Shown here piece after piece: positions 1 through 11,320 of a stretch of 64,000 bases of DNA; position 1 is the stretch's first letter; the number at the start of each line of letters is the position of its first letter. The notes below the pieces were generated by a model that saw only the letters and a program-made list of their open reading frames with translations, made no database searches and had not been told where the DNA came from. A program made the position numbers and the translations under genes. The stretch comes from Methanoregula sp. Its GTDB lineage: Archaea > Halobacteriota > Methanomicrobia > Methanomicrobiales > Methanospirillaceae. Location: contig JBDKTL010000048.1 in NCBI GenBank assembly GCA_039698055.1, positions 32,001 to 96,000 of the forward strand, given 5' to 3'.

Positions 1-1
1 C

Positions 2-1531
2 AGAACGGTACTGGAGGGATCGGCAATGCCCGTTGCCCTGATCTTCGGGAAACGGATAACAGAAGAGCAGGCGCAGATGCTCAATACGATCCGGGCACGG
101 ATTCTTGATATCAACCAGAGAATTGAAGATTCACGCGAGATCGAATCTCTCCTGCACGGGATGGAGGGGAAATATATCCCGGCCGGGCCATCGGGCCAGA
201 TCTCCCGGGGGCACGAGGAAGTACTGCCGACCGGGCGGAATTTCTATTCTCTTGATCCGTACCGTGTCCCCACCGGTGCCGCATGGCGCGTGGGGCAGCG
301 TCTTGCCGACGCACTCATCGAAAAGCATTCCCGAGAAGAAGGGACCGTTCCGGAGAACGTCGCATTTTACTGGATGGCTGGGGACATCATGACATCGGAC
401 GGCGAGATGTTTGCCGAGATGCTCTGGCTGCTTGGAGTGCGGCCGGTCTGGCAAAAAAACGGCCAGGTGCGATCGTTTGAAATAATCCCCCTCCATAAAC
501 TTGGCCACCCCCGTATCGACATTACTGTGCGCACGACCGGGATACTGCGGGACAATTTCTCCAACTGCTATGAGCTGCTCGATGATGCAGTCCAGGCAGT
601 TGCCGGTCTGAACGAACCTCCCGACAGGAATTTTGTCCGCCGGCATACACAGAAAAGCATGGCAGAGGAAGGGGCAGTATTCCGTGATGCAACACTGCGC
701 ATCTTCTCGTCGCGCCCCGGCTCCTATGCAAGCGGGGTGAACCTTGCCGTACTTGCGAGTGCATGGAAAACAGAAGGGGATCTTGCTGATATTTTTGTGG
801 CATACAACGGCTACGCATACGGCAGGGATATCCATGGTAAAGTCGCCCACGAACAGTTCGCCGCCAACCTTTCGACCGTATCGGTCACGTTCAACAAGGT
901 CCAGTCTGATGAACACGACCTGCTGGGCTGCTGCTGCTATTTCGGCACCCACGGGGGTTTCACAGCTGCGGCCCGGCACTATTCCGGTAACGAGGTTAAG
1001 CCCTATTACGGGGATACCCGGGAACCTGAACATGTGGAAGTGCGCGACCTGTCCGATGAGATCCGGCGCGTGGTCCGGACAAAACTCCTCAACCCGAAAT
1101 GGATCGAGGGGATGAAGGTGCACGGGTATAAGGGTGCATCCGACATCATGAAACGCGTGACCCGGGTATATGGCTGGTCAGCATCAACCCAGGAAGTGGA
1201 CAACTGGATATTTGATGATATTGCGACAACGTTTGTCAATAATAAAGAGATGCGGGGATTTTTTGAAAAGAACAACCCTCATGCACTCGAAGAGATCACC
1301 CGACGTCTCCTCGAAGCAAACCAGCGCAGTCTCTGGGACGCAGATCCCGTTGTTCTCGAAGACCTCAAAAAGAATTACCTGGAGATCGAATCCTGGATGG
1401 AAGACCAGGTAGGCGGTGGCGATTTTCAGGGCGGGAATGTAGATGTATTCACGCAGGAGGATATTACCGGCTGGAGAGCCACCATGAAGGAGAGTATGGC
1501 AAAAGTTCATGCAAAGTACCGGAAAGAGTGA
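2..1531 (+). CDS. cobN: Cobaltochelatase CobN/Mg-chelatase H family, C-terminal part (5'-truncated by window edge)
   Basis: Motifs GPSG..RG...LPTGRNFYS, LGHPRIDIT, RIFS..PGSY, RTKLLNPKWIEGM..HGYKGA; frame open back to window start. Confidence 0.9.
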   Translation, partial: RTVLEGSAMPVALIFGKRITEEQAQMLNTIRARILDINQRIEDSREIESLLHGMEGKYIPAGPSGQISRGHEEVLPTGRNFYSLDPYRVPTGAAWRVGQRLADALIEKHSREEGTVPENVAFYWMAGDIMTSDGEMFAEMLWLLGVRPVWQKNGQVRSFEIIPLHKLGHPRIDITVRTTGILRDNFSNCYELLDDAVQAVAGLNEPPDRNFVRRHTQKSMAEEGAVFRDATLRIFSSRPGSYASGVNLAVLASAWKTEGDLADIFVAYNGYAYGRDIHGKVAHEQFAANLSTVSVTFNKVQSDEHDLLGCCCYFGTHGGFTAAARHYSGNEVKPYYGDTREPEHVEVRDLSDEIRRVVRTKLLNPKWIEGMKVHGYKGASDIMKRVTRVYGWSASTQEVDNWIFDDIATTFVNNKEMRGFFEKNNPHALEEITRRLLEANQRSLWDADPVVLEDLKKNYLEIESWMEDQVGGGDFQGGNVDVFTQEDITGWRATMKESMAKVHAKYRKE

Positions 1532-1564
1532 TATGAAAGCAGATTTTTTTCACGGGAGCCTGCG

Positions 1565-2521
1565 ATGAACGCGATAGAAACCCATAATCTCACAAAATAT
1601 TACGGTTCGCTCTGTGCGGTTGACAATCTCTCGCTGTGTGTGAACAACGAGATCTTCGCGTTGCTCGGCCCCAATGGTTCTGGCAAGACAACAACCGTAC
1701 TGATGCTCACCACGCTGCTGCACCCGACCAAAGGGAGCGCAACAGTCTGCGGTCACGATATCCTTTTGGAAGGAAAAAACGTACGGCGACAACTCAGTTA
1801 TGTCCCGCAGGAAATGGCTGTCGATATCAAGCTGACGGGCAGGGAGAATGTCCTGCTTTTTGCCCACCTTTACGGCATACCAAACCCGAAAGATAAAACA
1901 GACGAGGTCCTTGCAGTCATGGAACTCTCGGATCGGGCCGACGACCTGATTAAAACATATTCCGGGGGCATGCGCCGGCGGCTCGAACTCGCCCAGGCAC
2001 TGGTGCACGAACCGGCCGTCCTCTTCCTTGATGAACCAACGATAGGTCTTGATGTCGCAGCCCGCAGGAAGATATGGGAACATATCAGGGCACTAAAAAA
2101 AACGGGCATGACCATTTTTGTCACAACGCACTACATGGATGAGGCCGACCAGTACTGTGACCGGGTAGGTATTATCAGTAAAGGCCGAATCGTCGCACTA
2201 GGTCAGCCCACCTCCTTAAAATCCCAGCTCATGAAAGATGTGATCACCGCAAAAATCTCCGGTATCTTTGTCCCGCCGGATATCGAAGGGCTTCAACTTC
2301 TCGGTGTAAAAGACGACGAGGTCTCATTTTCTGCAGAAAATGGCAGAGAGGCTCTTCCGGTTATTGCACAGGTTCTGACCGGTTCAGGCATGAACGTCCA
2401 TTCGCTTTCACTCAGGGAACCAACCCTCGATGACGTGTTCCTCCAGGCAGTAGGACGACAGGAAGAGCCCCGGCATTTCAACGACCAGCAGTTCAGGACC
2501 ATGCTGAGGAGGAGGAAATGA
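1565..2521 (+). CDS. ABC transporter ATP-binding protein (DrrA-like exporter)
   Basis: GPNGSGKT, YSGGMRRRL, LFLDEPT, TTHYMDEA, C-terminal EPTLDDVFL. Confidence 0.9.
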   Translation: MNAIETHNLTKYYGSLCAVDNLSLCVNNEIFALLGPNGSGKTTTVLMLTTLLHPTKGSATVCGHDILLEGKNVRRQLSYVPQEMAVDIKLTGRENVLLFAHLYGIPNPKDKTDEVLAVMELSDRADDLIKTYSGGMRRRLELAQALVHEPAVLFLDEPTIGLDVAARRKIWEHIRALKKTGMTIFVTTHYMDEADQYCDRVGIISKGRIVALGQPTSLKSQLMKDVITAKISGIFVPPDIEGLQLLGVKDDEVSFSAENGREALPVIAQVLTGSGMNVHSLSLREPTLDDVFLQAVGRQEEPRHFNDQQFRTMLRRRK

Positions 2522-3243
2522 AAGGTATCTGGTATTACATGGACCGGGACATGACCAAATGGCTCCGTGGTAAAATTGCAGTTATCACGCTCCTTGTCAT
2601 GCCGGCAGCGTGGTTGATCTTCGTTGGCCTTGCATTGCCGGTCACCTTCACGGGTAATTATCTCGATTTCATCACACCGGGGATCCTTGTCATGACGATG
2701 CTTGCGTCCTCGATGCAGGGAGGGGCGCTCCTGATGTTCGATAAGATCCTGGGGTTCTTAAACAAATTCCTTGCACTCCCGACTCCGCGCGAGAGTATAC
2801 TGTTTGGTAAAATCCTGTTCATCACCATACGCGGGGTCATCCAGTCGACCGTTATCCTTCTCGTGGCAATCCTGATCGGTGCAACCATCCTCTCACTGGC
2901 TCAGTACGCGACCATCTACCTGATCCTGATACTTTTTGGCATCCTCGTTTCCGGGCTGGCGACCACGCTCGCGCTCTATGTCGGCGACCATGACTCGTAT
3001 GCCGCTGTCAACACCATGATCTCCATGCCCCTGTTCTTTACTTCAAGCGCCCTGATGCCATACAGTGTGATGCCCCCGTGGCTGCGGGCAATTGCATCGG
3101 TCAATCCCCTGAGTTTTGCCATTGATGCGATCCGTTCGGTGAGTGTCGGCGGGATACCGTTTTTGCAGATCGCGATTCTCGTAGTGCTGGGCATCGCCGT
3201 AATCACGATTTGCATGCAGGTTTTCCGGAAAATGACAGTCTGA
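2518..3243 (+). CDS. ABC-2 type permease
   Basis: About six TM segments, YLDFITPG, NPLSFAIDAIR; ATGA overlap with the ATPase gene. Confidence 0.88.
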   Translation: MKGIWYYMDRDMTKWLRGKIAVITLLVMPAAWLIFVGLALPVTFTGNYLDFITPGILVMTMLASSMQGGALLMFDKILGFLNKFLALPTPRESILFGKILFITIRGVIQSTVILLVAILIGATILSLAQYATIYLILILFGILVSGLATTLALYVGDHDSYAAVNTMISMPLFFTSSALMPYSVMPPWLRAIASVNPLSFAIDAIRSVSVGGIPFLQIAILVVLGIAVITICMQVFRKMTV

Positions 3244-3268
3244 CCCGAAACTCTACAGAGGTATATTC

Positions 3269-4372
3269 ATGAAAATTTTCAAACAACCCTTAACCAGTAT
3301 CCTGGTTATGCTGGTGCTCATCATGGCAGCATGTGCTGGATGTGCCAGCACTCCCGGGAATGACAGCACAGGAACAACAGAGCCGGTGACACCGGCTTAT
3401 ATCGCAGACACAGGCCAACCTGTCCCATCGGCACCAGGTTCGGCCTGCACTCCGGTGACGATCACGCAGACCAATGGCATTCCGGTAACCCTGCCCTGCA
3501 TGCCTCATCGTATCATTGTCACCAACTCGGATGCGGCGGAGATGCTGATCGCGCTTGGGGCAGCGGACACAGTTGTTGGTATCACTGAAACAACAAAGAA
3601 CATCTCGTATGTCATGGACAAAATCCCAACGGCGCAAAGCATCGGGGACTGGCAGACACCCAATATCGAGTGGATGCTTTCCTTAAAACCCGATGCCGTG
3701 ATCTCGTACGCGAGCTCGAAGCCAAAAAACCTCGACCAGATCCTTGCAGCAAACATAACGGTCATCTACCTTGACTGCTACCGCCTCCCAAAACTTGCTC
3801 AGGACGCCCGTGCGGTCGGTGCGCTGACCGGCCATGAACAAAAAGCAGAAACATATGCGCAGATGATCGAGAATACAATGGCGCTTGTCAAAGGCGATGT
3901 CGCGGCCATCCCGCAGGACAATCTTCCCCGGGTCTATTTTGAAGGATACTCTGACTTCACTGCTGCGGGAACAGGATCGGGATCCGATGAACTGCTGACC
4001 ATGGCAGGGGGAAAGAATATTGTCGCGTCGCTCTCCACATCTTCATCGCCAAAGGTAAGCGCCGAGTGGGTTGTTTCCCAGAACCCTGCATATATCATGA
4101 AGGTGATTTCAGCAAAAGAGACAAGGCCATATCCCGAAATTGTGGAAACGCTGAAGAAGCGGACCGGCTGGAATACGATCTCTGCAATCAAACAGGACCG
4201 GATCTATCTCTTTGGCAGCGGCATCGAGTACGGCCCGAAAGCGTACATCGGACTTGCAGCAACAGCGAAAGTTCTACACCCGGATCTTTTTGTGGATCTG
4301 GACCCGGAGAAGATGCTGGACGCGTATGCAGGAGAATACGTTGCGGGAACAAACATGACGGCAATGATGTAA
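3269..4372 (+). CDS. Class III (Fe-siderophore/cobalamin type) ABC substrate-binding lipoprotein
   Basis: Lipobox-like CAGC after hydrophobic signal; RIIVTN..EMLIALGA..VVG, PNIE..LSLKPD, AGGKNI. Confidence 0.85.
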   Translation: MKIFKQPLTSILVMLVLIMAACAGCASTPGNDSTGTTEPVTPAYIADTGQPVPSAPGSACTPVTITQTNGIPVTLPCMPHRIIVTNSDAAEMLIALGAADTVVGITETTKNISYVMDKIPTAQSIGDWQTPNIEWMLSLKPDAVISYASSKPKNLDQILAANITVIYLDCYRLPKLAQDARAVGALTGHEQKAETYAQMIENTMALVKGDVAAIPQDNLPRVYFEGYSDFTAAGTGSGSDELLTMAGGKNIVASLSTSSSPKVSAEWVVSQNPAYIMKVISAKETRPYPEIVETLKKRTGWNTISAIKQDRIYLFGSGIEYGPKAYIGLAATAKVLHPDLFVDLDPEKMLDAYAGEYVAGTNMTAMM

Positions 4373-4625
4373 TCGGAACCGGCGTCGTCGAGAAATGAAA
4401 ATATCCCAGCCATGGCAGGAAAGGGTGATGTACCCTGTTCTCCTCCAGGATTGGGACAACCCCGGTTGCTTAAAATGCAGCGACCCGGTATAAGCGGGAT
4501 CGTCATCTGCATTTTTTTATCGCTGGAAAAAACCTTGCCTGCGCATACAAGGTATGAATTTTAACCCCGTTTTTTAGGAAATGTTAAAAACAATCAGCAA
4601 TGATATTGTCATTACTGGTACTACT

Positions 4626-5048
4626 ATGGTCATGGATGACGATTTATCACGCATTGGAATCTCACTTCCAAAAAACCTGCTCGACCGTTTTGATGAAATA
4701 TTGAATTTCAGGGGTTACTCCTCGCGGTCTGAGGGCATCCGCGATGCAATCCGCACCTACATCACGTATTACAAGTGGATGGCAGATGTCAAGGGTGAGC
4801 GTGAGGGAGTCATCACCATGGTATACGATCACGACCAGCGCGGGCTCCTTACAACCATCACGGATATCCAGCACGAATTCCACGAGGTGATCAAGGCATC
4901 CCTCCATTCCCACGTGACCCATAACCGGTGCCTTGAAGTGATCCTCGTTCACGGGGACGGGGCCCAGCTCAAGACACTTGCCGAACGGCTCATGTCCCAG
5001 AAAGGGGTTGAGTCGGTCAAGCTCACCACAATCTCAATCGAAGAGTGA
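4626..5048 (+). CDS. nikR: Nickel-responsive regulator NikR (start probably 4626 or 4632)
   Basis: RHH N-terminus RIGISLP..LL..FD...GYSSRSEGIRDAIR; Ni ligands YDH, HSHVTHNRCLE. Confidence 0.92.
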   Translation: MVMDDDLSRIGISLPKNLLDRFDEILNFRGYSSRSEGIRDAIRTYITYYKWMADVKGEREGVITMVYDHDQRGLLTTITDIQHEFHEVIKASLHSHVTHNRCLEVILVHGDGAQLKTLAERLMSQKGVESVKLTTISIEE

Positions 5049-5393
5049 AGAACCATTCACCAGTATTGTGGTGAACGGGCCAGTATCTTTTTTTCTTTCC
5101 CCGGTTTTTAGCGGGTCACGCTGTACCTGAATAGGGCACCGTTTTGTTTTACGTTAACAATGCAAAGCATACCAGCAAATTTTTAGTATTACATTTCTTT
5201 AATATTTACATATTTTTTATTACAAAAATAAAAAGATATAATAAAGATGGGTGCCAATAATGGATGCAGGGTATAACCGGCATGCCGGTGTAACCCGCAT
5301 ATTCGACAATTACATCGCACACCATGCTGAGCTGTACAGCAAAACCCGGGATCGGCGGGGAAACCGATCCTGTTTGCAGCAGGAGTATGTCCG

Positions 5394-5729
5394 ATGAAAA
5401 CTACTGTGTATGATGGGAGCAGGAAAATTACGGTCGATACACGGCATGACGAATGCCTGTATGCCGCCGCACGTCCATTAAAAGATTCTCCAGAAGTCCA
5501 GAGGGTGGGAAAAGATCTCTACCTGCATACCGACAGCGAAAAGAAAAACACGTACTATCTTCATCTCTGGTCGACAAGTAAGACCGTCAAAGAGAAGATC
5601 CTGCCCGTATCCCCGGCATCCATGGAGCGTTTGTTGAGGAACAAGGGGCTTTTGTGCAACCTGTTCCCGAAAAGCGATTCGATTGCAACGCTCTATGCCA
5701 TGGGATATGGTATAGCAGAAGAATTCTAA
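5394..5729 (+). CDS. Hypothetical protein (111 aa)
   Basis: GGAG RBS upstream, T-run downstream; no family recognised. Confidence 0.6.
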   Translation: MKTTVYDGSRKITVDTRHDECLYAAARPLKDSPEVQRVGKDLYLHTDSEKKNTYYLHLWSTSKTVKEKILPVSPASMERLLRNKGLLCNLFPKSDSIATLYAMGYGIAEEF

Positions 5730-5903
5730 TCTTTTTGCACACACCTCTTTTTTTTAGTTGTTGCACACGACTTTTTTTGAGGACCCAAATCCCCAGGGAT
5801 TGTTGTGCCTATTTTAAAAAAATTCCCTGGTAGGAATACTCATTGATGGATCTGATGGCGACAGGGATCGGACTTCACCGGGACAACAGAACTTCGGAAT
5901 ATT

Positions 5904-5946
5904 TTTAGGTCAACCTAAACATTTATTATTTAGGGTGCCCTAAATA
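5904..5946. promoter_or_regulatory. Tandem DtxR/SirR-type operator palindromes
   Basis: TTTAGGtcaaCCTAAA (5904-5919) and TATTTAGGGtgCCCTAAATA (5927-5946) directly before the DtxR-feoB operon; resemble the TTAGG..CCTAA DtxR-family box. Confidence 0.8.
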
Positions 5947-5954
5947 TTAGGTAT

Positions 5955-6680
5955 ATGGCACAGGAGCAGGTCGAAGAATACCTTGAAACAATCTATGATC
6001 TCGAATGGCGGGACGGGTCAGCAAAAACAACCGCAATAGCAAAATGCTTGAAAATCGCCCCGGCAAGCGTCACCGAGGCGCTGAAAAGTCTCTCGGACAA
6101 AGGGTTCATCCAGTACGAGCCATACCGGGGTGCAACCCTGACCGGGGAAGGCAAAAAAATCGCGGATACGATCAAGCGCAAGCACCGGCTCCTTGAAGTT
6201 TTTTTAACCGATGTTCTCCACCTGGACCGGGAGAAAGTCCACAATGAAGCGTGCCGGATGGAGCACACCATCTCGGAAGATACCGAAAACGCCCTCTGCC
6301 GGATGATGAAAGCCCCCGCCCGCTGCCCGCATGGCAGCCCGATCGGCCCGTGCAAACGCGGTGTGGGGAGCTGTGCGGAATGCGATGCGGTGACCGGCGC
6401 AGGAATCCCCATACCGGCATCCCTCCGCGATAAAAAAATCGTCCCGGTTACTGAACTTAAGCCTGGCGAGAAGGCAAAGATCGCATTTATCCGGGGGGAC
6501 TGCAAGGTTGTCCAGCGCCTCTCCGATCTCGGGCTTACCCTTGGGACAACCGTTTCCATCCTCAAAAAAACTCCCATGGACGGACCGGTGGAGATTGCAG
6601 TCAGAAGGACAAAACTTGCCGTGGATCACACGATTGCCGAAAACATCTTTATCGAATCACCGGTTGCGGATGAACCATGA
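5955..6680 (+). CDS. DtxR/MntR-family metal-dependent repressor with C-terminal FeoA (SH3) domain
   Basis: EEYLETIY, ASVTE, RKHRLLEVFL, EACRMEH, CPHG; C-terminal QRLSDLGL..G FeoA domain. Confidence 0.92.
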   Translation: MAQEQVEEYLETIYDLEWRDGSAKTTAIAKCLKIAPASVTEALKSLSDKGFIQYEPYRGATLTGEGKKIADTIKRKHRLLEVFLTDVLHLDREKVHNEACRMEHTISEDTENALCRMMKAPARCPHGSPIGPCKRGVGSCAECDAVTGAGIPIPASLRDKKIVPVTELKPGEKAKIAFIRGDCKVVQRLSDLGLTLGTTVSILKKTPMDGPVEIAVRRTKLAVDHTIAENIFIESPVADEP

Positions 6681-8665
6681 GCGGCTGCGGGGATTGCAAA
6701 GGCTGCCCTAAAGGAGGAGATTCCGGCATAAAGAATGCGGATTACACCATTGCCCTTGCCGGCAATGCCAATGTTGGCAAGAGCGTGATCTTCAACCAGC
6801 TGACCGGTGTTGACCAGATCATCGGCAACTGGCCAGGGAAGACCGTTGAGCGGGCAGAAGGGCTCCTGCTGTACAAGGGAAAACGCATCCGGGTCATCGA
6901 CCTGCCCGGCATCTACTCATTCTCCACGTACTCGATGGAGGAACTGGTCTCCCGGGATTTTATCGCGCTCGAACATCCTGATGCCGTTATCAACGTGATC
7001 GATGCCTCAGCGCTGGAACGCAATCTCTTCTTTACGATCCAGCTCATGGAACTGGCACCCCCGCTCCTTATCGCGGTCAACCAGATCGATCTGGCCGAAA
7101 AAAAAGGGTTGACCATCGATACCGGGAAACTCGCGGCACTGCTCGGTGTCCCGGTCATTCCGACCATTGCCATACGGGGCAAGGGAATCCCGGCCCTCAC
7201 AGAAGCAATTACGGGTCTCATGCCGGGCCACCCGGTCCCACCGGTCATTTACTATGGAAAGGAAGTAGAAGAGCGGATTGGAAAAATTATTGCCCTGCTC
7301 GCGAGCGTAACAACACCGTACCCTGTCCGCTGGACTGCGATCAAACTGCTCGAGCGCGATCCGTCAATCATGAAGATGGTTGGCGAACATGACCCGGGCA
7401 TCGTAAAAAACGCAGGAGTTCTTGCCGGTGAAATTGAATCCATCCACGGCGAAGCGGTCTGCGTTGTCATGAGCGCGGAGCGGTACCAGGTTGCCGACCG
7501 GATCGCAGCTGAAGTGATCACCGTGCGTCCGCCGGGCGAAGGCCCGCAGAAAAAGAGCCTGACCGACAGGCTCGACGCGGTTGCCCTCCACCCGGTAATC
7601 GGGTACCTCGCGGTCATTGCCGTAATCGGCGGGTTGCTGGTATGGACATTTTTGATCGGCGCACAGATTTCAGAGATCCTTGCTGGTTTCCTCTCACAGT
7701 TCGAACAGTACGAACCGGTGATCACGGGCCCGCTCATGGACATTCTCTGGAACGGGGCCTTCACCGGTTTTGTAGCAGGAGTGACCCTGGTTATCCCGTA
7801 TGTCCTGCCGTTTTACCTGCTCCTTGCGGTCATGGAAGATTCAGGGTATCTCACCCGGATCGCGGTGATGCTCGATCGCGGCATGCACAAACTGGGCCTG
7901 CACGGCAAGGCGATCATCCCTTTGATCCTTGGATACGGGTGCAATGTTCCTGCAATCTATTCATGCCGGATCATGGAAACGCCAAAACAAAAGACCCTTG
8001 CCGCATTCTTAGTGACGCTTGTTCCCTGCACGGCACGGACGGTAGTCATCCTTGGCCTCGTCGCTGCGTTTGTCAACATCTGGTGGGCGCTCGCGCTCTA
8101 CGTATTCAATATTCTCCTGATTCTCATTGTCGGGAGATTTGCGTTCAAGGCAGTGCCGGGCGAGTCTGTCGGGCTCATCATGGAGATGCCGGACTATCAC
8201 GTACCGTCGCTTTCGGTCGTGCTGAAACAGACATGGGCCCGGACAAAGTCGCTGGTCTGGATCGTCTTCCCGGCGTACATCATCGGGAGTGCATTGATCC
8301 AGGCGTTCTATGCGGCCGGCCTGCTGAACCCGGTGAACGATCTTCTTTCTCCCGTTACCGTGCTCTGGCTCGGGCTGCCCGCGGTTGTTGGGATCACGCT
8401 GATCTTCGGGGTCGTGCGAAAGGAGCTGACAATCCTTACGCTTGCCGTGATCTTCCACACGACTAACTTTGCGGCGATCATGTCCCCGGTCCAGCTCGTG
8501 GTCCTTGCACTGGTATCGATGCTTTATATTCCCTGCATCTCGGTGATACTGGTGCTCGCATCGGAGTTCGGCTGGAAAAAAGCACTCGCGATATCGGCTT
8601 TTGAAGTCATCATGGCAATTGTCATCGGCGGGATCGCATTCCGGGTGCTGGGCCTGGTGATGTGA
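6677..8665 (+). CDS. feoB: Ferrous iron transporter FeoB (copy 1)
   Basis: [47 protein letters not shown]. Confidence 0.95.
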   Translation: MSGCGDCKGCPKGGDSGIKNADYTIALAGNANVGKSVIFNQLTGVDQIIGNWPGKTVERAEGLLLYKGKRIRVIDLPGIYSFSTYSMEELVSRDFIALEHPDAVINVIDASALERNLFFTIQLMELAPPLLIAVNQIDLAEKKGLTIDTGKLAALLGVPVIPTIAIRGKGIPALTEAITGLMPGHPVPPVIYYGKEVEERIGKIIALLASVTTPYPVRWTAIKLLERDPSIMKMVGEHDPGIVKNAGVLAGEIESIHGEAVCVVMSAERYQVADRIAAEVITVRPPGEGPQKKSLTDRLDAVALHPVIGYLAVIAVIGGLLVWTFLIGAQISEILAGFLSQFEQYEPVITGPLMDILWNGAFTGFVAGVTLVIPYVLPFYLLLAVMEDSGYLTRIAVMLDRGMHKLGLHGKAIIPLILGYGCNVPAIYSCRIMETPKQKTLAAFLVTLVPCTARTVVILGLVAAFVNIWWALALYVFNILLILIVGRFAFKAVPGESVGLIMEMPDYHVPSLSVVLKQTWARTKSLVWIVFPAYIIGSALIQAFYAAGLLNPVNDLLSPVTVLWLGLPAVVGITLIFGVVRKELTILTLAVIFHTTNFAAIMSPVQLVVLALVSMLYIPCISVILVLASEFGWKKALAISAFEVIMAIVIGGIAFRVLGLVM

Positions 8666-9133
8666 TACCGGCCCGGTCTGTTCTTTAGTTAAGGCAATCC
8701 ATTAAAAAAAGGAGAGCCTGCCCGGGATTAACTGCCACCTGGGTCGCATGCAAAAAAACTTTTTTGTACACAAACTCCCGCCCGATGTCCGGCGTACCTC
8801 GTTCAACTATCCTAAACCCAATTTTAACCTCTGTCGGAAAAAGCGATCCTCATATTCGCATTCTGGCAGCCTTTCCGGGGCCCGGATGGGGTAAATCAGG
8901 TGGCAAAAACAGCCTCGGTTAAAGGGCCTTTGGTGGCCCATGAGTGAGGGGCAAACCTGCCGTATTTTGGCAAACAGGGCAACCATAAGGCGTATTTTCC
9001 ATAGGGACACAAAAAGAGGGATATTTCGGGGGTTTTTAGGTATGGGTCGGGATATCAAGAAGGGAAATTAGGCTTGAAATGGGCTTATTTTTATCAGATC
9101 ACAAACTTTCCTACTTTCCGGCTTTTCACTCAT

Positions 9134-10276
9134 TTAAGAGATATCAGAAATAATCTCACGGATAATTAATTCTGATAATGCGTTGTTAAGGCACGGGAGG
9201 ATTGATTCCTGCGCAGGATTTGATTCTCTTTCTCCACCAATAATTTTTTCAAGACTAAAGCCCTCACGGATCAAACGGCAGGCAATCATTCTTGCTTCGT
9301 GTTCCGGCAGCAAATTCCATTCCACTTCATCAACGATGTGGAGGATTGCTGATACCAGTATAACAAGCTCCGGCTCCCGTGCTTTTTTTTGTAAAACCCC
9401 CATGAAATTTTCTTTTGACAGGATTTCTGGCATCATTTCCTTACATCGCACCACTGCCACATTCCAGATATCCTCCTCCGTCACGCCAAACCGGGACAAC
9501 CTCACCAGTACATCCCGCTGTGATTCGGGCGAGAGACCCGTCTCCATCTTCAGTGCGGCAGTGGTTGCATTTATCAGAGTCCTCCCGATTAACTCTCCAA
9601 GTTTTGAATGCTTCCCCGAATCGGATAGATGGATGGCCGAACCAGGATCGGCAACGATAGTGATCATATCTGTGCCGGACCCGGTGGCGAGACCGGTCGA
9701 ATAGATGCTCCGGGCCATCAATTGCTGGAGAGCCGCAGCCTTTGCTTCGGTAGCAGTCATCAGTGCCCGTGTCATGGCATATTCAGGAAGACTGGCATTG
9801 ATGAGAAGAATGGTGTTGATTGTACCGCCGACCGGCTCAAATGACTCGCCATTCTCATAATATGAGGCCGGGTCCCCGGCCCTCCCACCGTTCTTGTCGA
9901 TTCCTGCAGTCACAATCGCACAGACCCGGAGACCCCGAAACGACTCATTGACTATTATCGTATTCTTCATCTCTGCCCGGGTGACAAGGCCAGTCGCGGT
10001 TTCCGGGTCAAGTCCCAGATCCTGTGCAACACTTTTAAGGTACCGCAGCACGCTCCCGCCAGTATGGCAGGCATCACAGGCCTCAAGGGAGATCTGGTGG
10101 TTGAAGACTGCCGTCAGGTCTTCCCGGTATCCCCCGTTCATCCACGAAGTGGAGAGCACATTCCGCTGGCCGGGAAACCGGATAGTAACTGAATCGTCAG
10201 TACGCGTTATTGTCTCTCCACCGGCAAGGCGGACAGGTTGTTGTAAGGGCAGGATAATTTCATTGCTGTGCATCAT
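9134..10276 (-). CDS. cbiZ: Adenosylcobinamide amidohydrolase CbiZ
   Basis: VLSTSWMNGG, VTAG..N..RAGDP, GTINTILL, TATEAK, ATGSGTD, GKHSKLGELIG. Confidence 0.88.
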   Translation of the reverse strand: MMHSNEIILPLQQPVRLAGGETITRTDDSVTIRFPGQRNVLSTSWMNGGYREDLTAVFNHQISLEACDACHTGGSVLRYLKSVAQDLGLDPETATGLVTRAEMKNTIIVNESFRGLRVCAIVTAGIDKNGGRAGDPASYYENGESFEPVGGTINTILLINASLPEYAMTRALMTATEAKAAALQQLMARSIYSTGLATGSGTDMITIVADPGSAIHLSDSGKHSKLGELIGRTLINATTAALKMETGLSPESQRDVLVRLSRFGVTEEDIWNVAVVRCKEMMPEILSKENFMGVLQKKAREPELVILVSAILHIVDEVEWNLLPEHEARMIACRLIREGFSLEKIIGGERESNPAQESILPCLNNALSELIIREIISDIS

Positions 10277-10288
10277 ATCACCACCATC

Positions 10289-11320
10289 CTAAAATCTCCT
10301 TACCAAGGCAAGGGTAATAAGTCCGGCTATTGCCGCGAACACGGTGAACCCCGGGGTTTTCGCGGTAGACTGCAGCACACTTCCGGCCTGCGATGCGGTA
10401 CGCTCGTCATTTACCGTATGGATAATTTTTGCCACCTGCTCAATTGCATCGACGATCCGGGGTCCGGCCCGGCTGATTGCATCCGCATTTACGGAATATA
10501 TATGTTTATTTTTCACGGCCGAGAGCGATGCATACTGCGGATTGGTTAAAAACGCATCAAGGATTACGTCTTTGGCCCAGGGATCCATCCCGTCTCCCCC
10601 GCTCACGATGATAATATCAGGGTTTCTCACCAGGAACTCCTCAAGCGGGACCGTATTCCAGCCATCCTTGTCGGAAAAAATATTGGTGCCGCCGGAGGCA
10701 ACGATCACATCGTTCTGGAGCGTGTCATTGCCGCTGACGTAGAGGGGGTCATGCCAGACCACGTGGGCAACGGTCGGCCGGTATGACAAAGAAGATGACG
10801 GGACTGCTGCTGCAATACGGTTTAAAAGATTTGCCGACAATTGGTCTGCCTGTATGCCAGTACCGGTAACGTTTCCGACTACACGGATATCACGAATAAC
10901 ATCGTCGATGTTTCTGGGTGCGATGACCATGACCGTGAGATCAATCTCACGGAGCCGGGATACCGTTTCCTGTGGCGTGATATCCGATGCGATAACAAGG
11001 TCAGGACGGGCAGCGACAACCTTCTCAATGCTGATGGCAGAGTAGCCCCCAATATGAGTAATATTTTTTACCTCCGGGGGATAATTGCAGACATCGGTCA
11101 CCCCCACTACCCGGTCAAGAAGCCCAAGAGCGGCAAGGATTTCGGTATTGGACGGTGCAAGCGAGACGATGCGTGTTGGCGTAGCATTGAGGGTTATCAC
11201 CGTCCCGGCATCATCGGTTATCGTGATTGCCGATGTGGGCATGATACCACATACCAATGCAATTGCAATAACCATCAGGACAATGACAGGTTTTTTTGGA
11301 ATACTATGTGCAGGATTCAT
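10289..11320 (-). CDS. btuF: Cobalamin-binding protein BtuF with PGF-CTERM anchor
   Basis: TDDAG..ITL...PTRIVSLAPSNTEIL, SRAGPRI; C-terminal TPGF + TM + RR archaeosortase signal. Confidence 0.85.
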   Translation of the reverse strand: MNPAHSIPKKPVIVLMVIAIALVCGIMPTSAITITDDAGTVITLNATPTRIVSLAPSNTEILAALGLLDRVVGVTDVCNYPPEVKNITHIGGYSAISIEKVVAARPDLVIASDITPQETVSRLREIDLTVMVIAPRNIDDVIRDIRVVGNVTGTGIQADQLSANLLNRIAAAVPSSSLSYRPTVAHVVWHDPLYVSGNDTLQNDVIVASGGTNIFSDKDGWNTVPLEEFLVRNPDIIIVSGGDGMDPWAKDVILDAFLTNPQYASLSAVKNKHIYSVNADAISRAGPRIVDAIEQVAKIIHTVNDERTASQAGSVLQSTAKTPGFTVFAAIAGLITLALVRRF

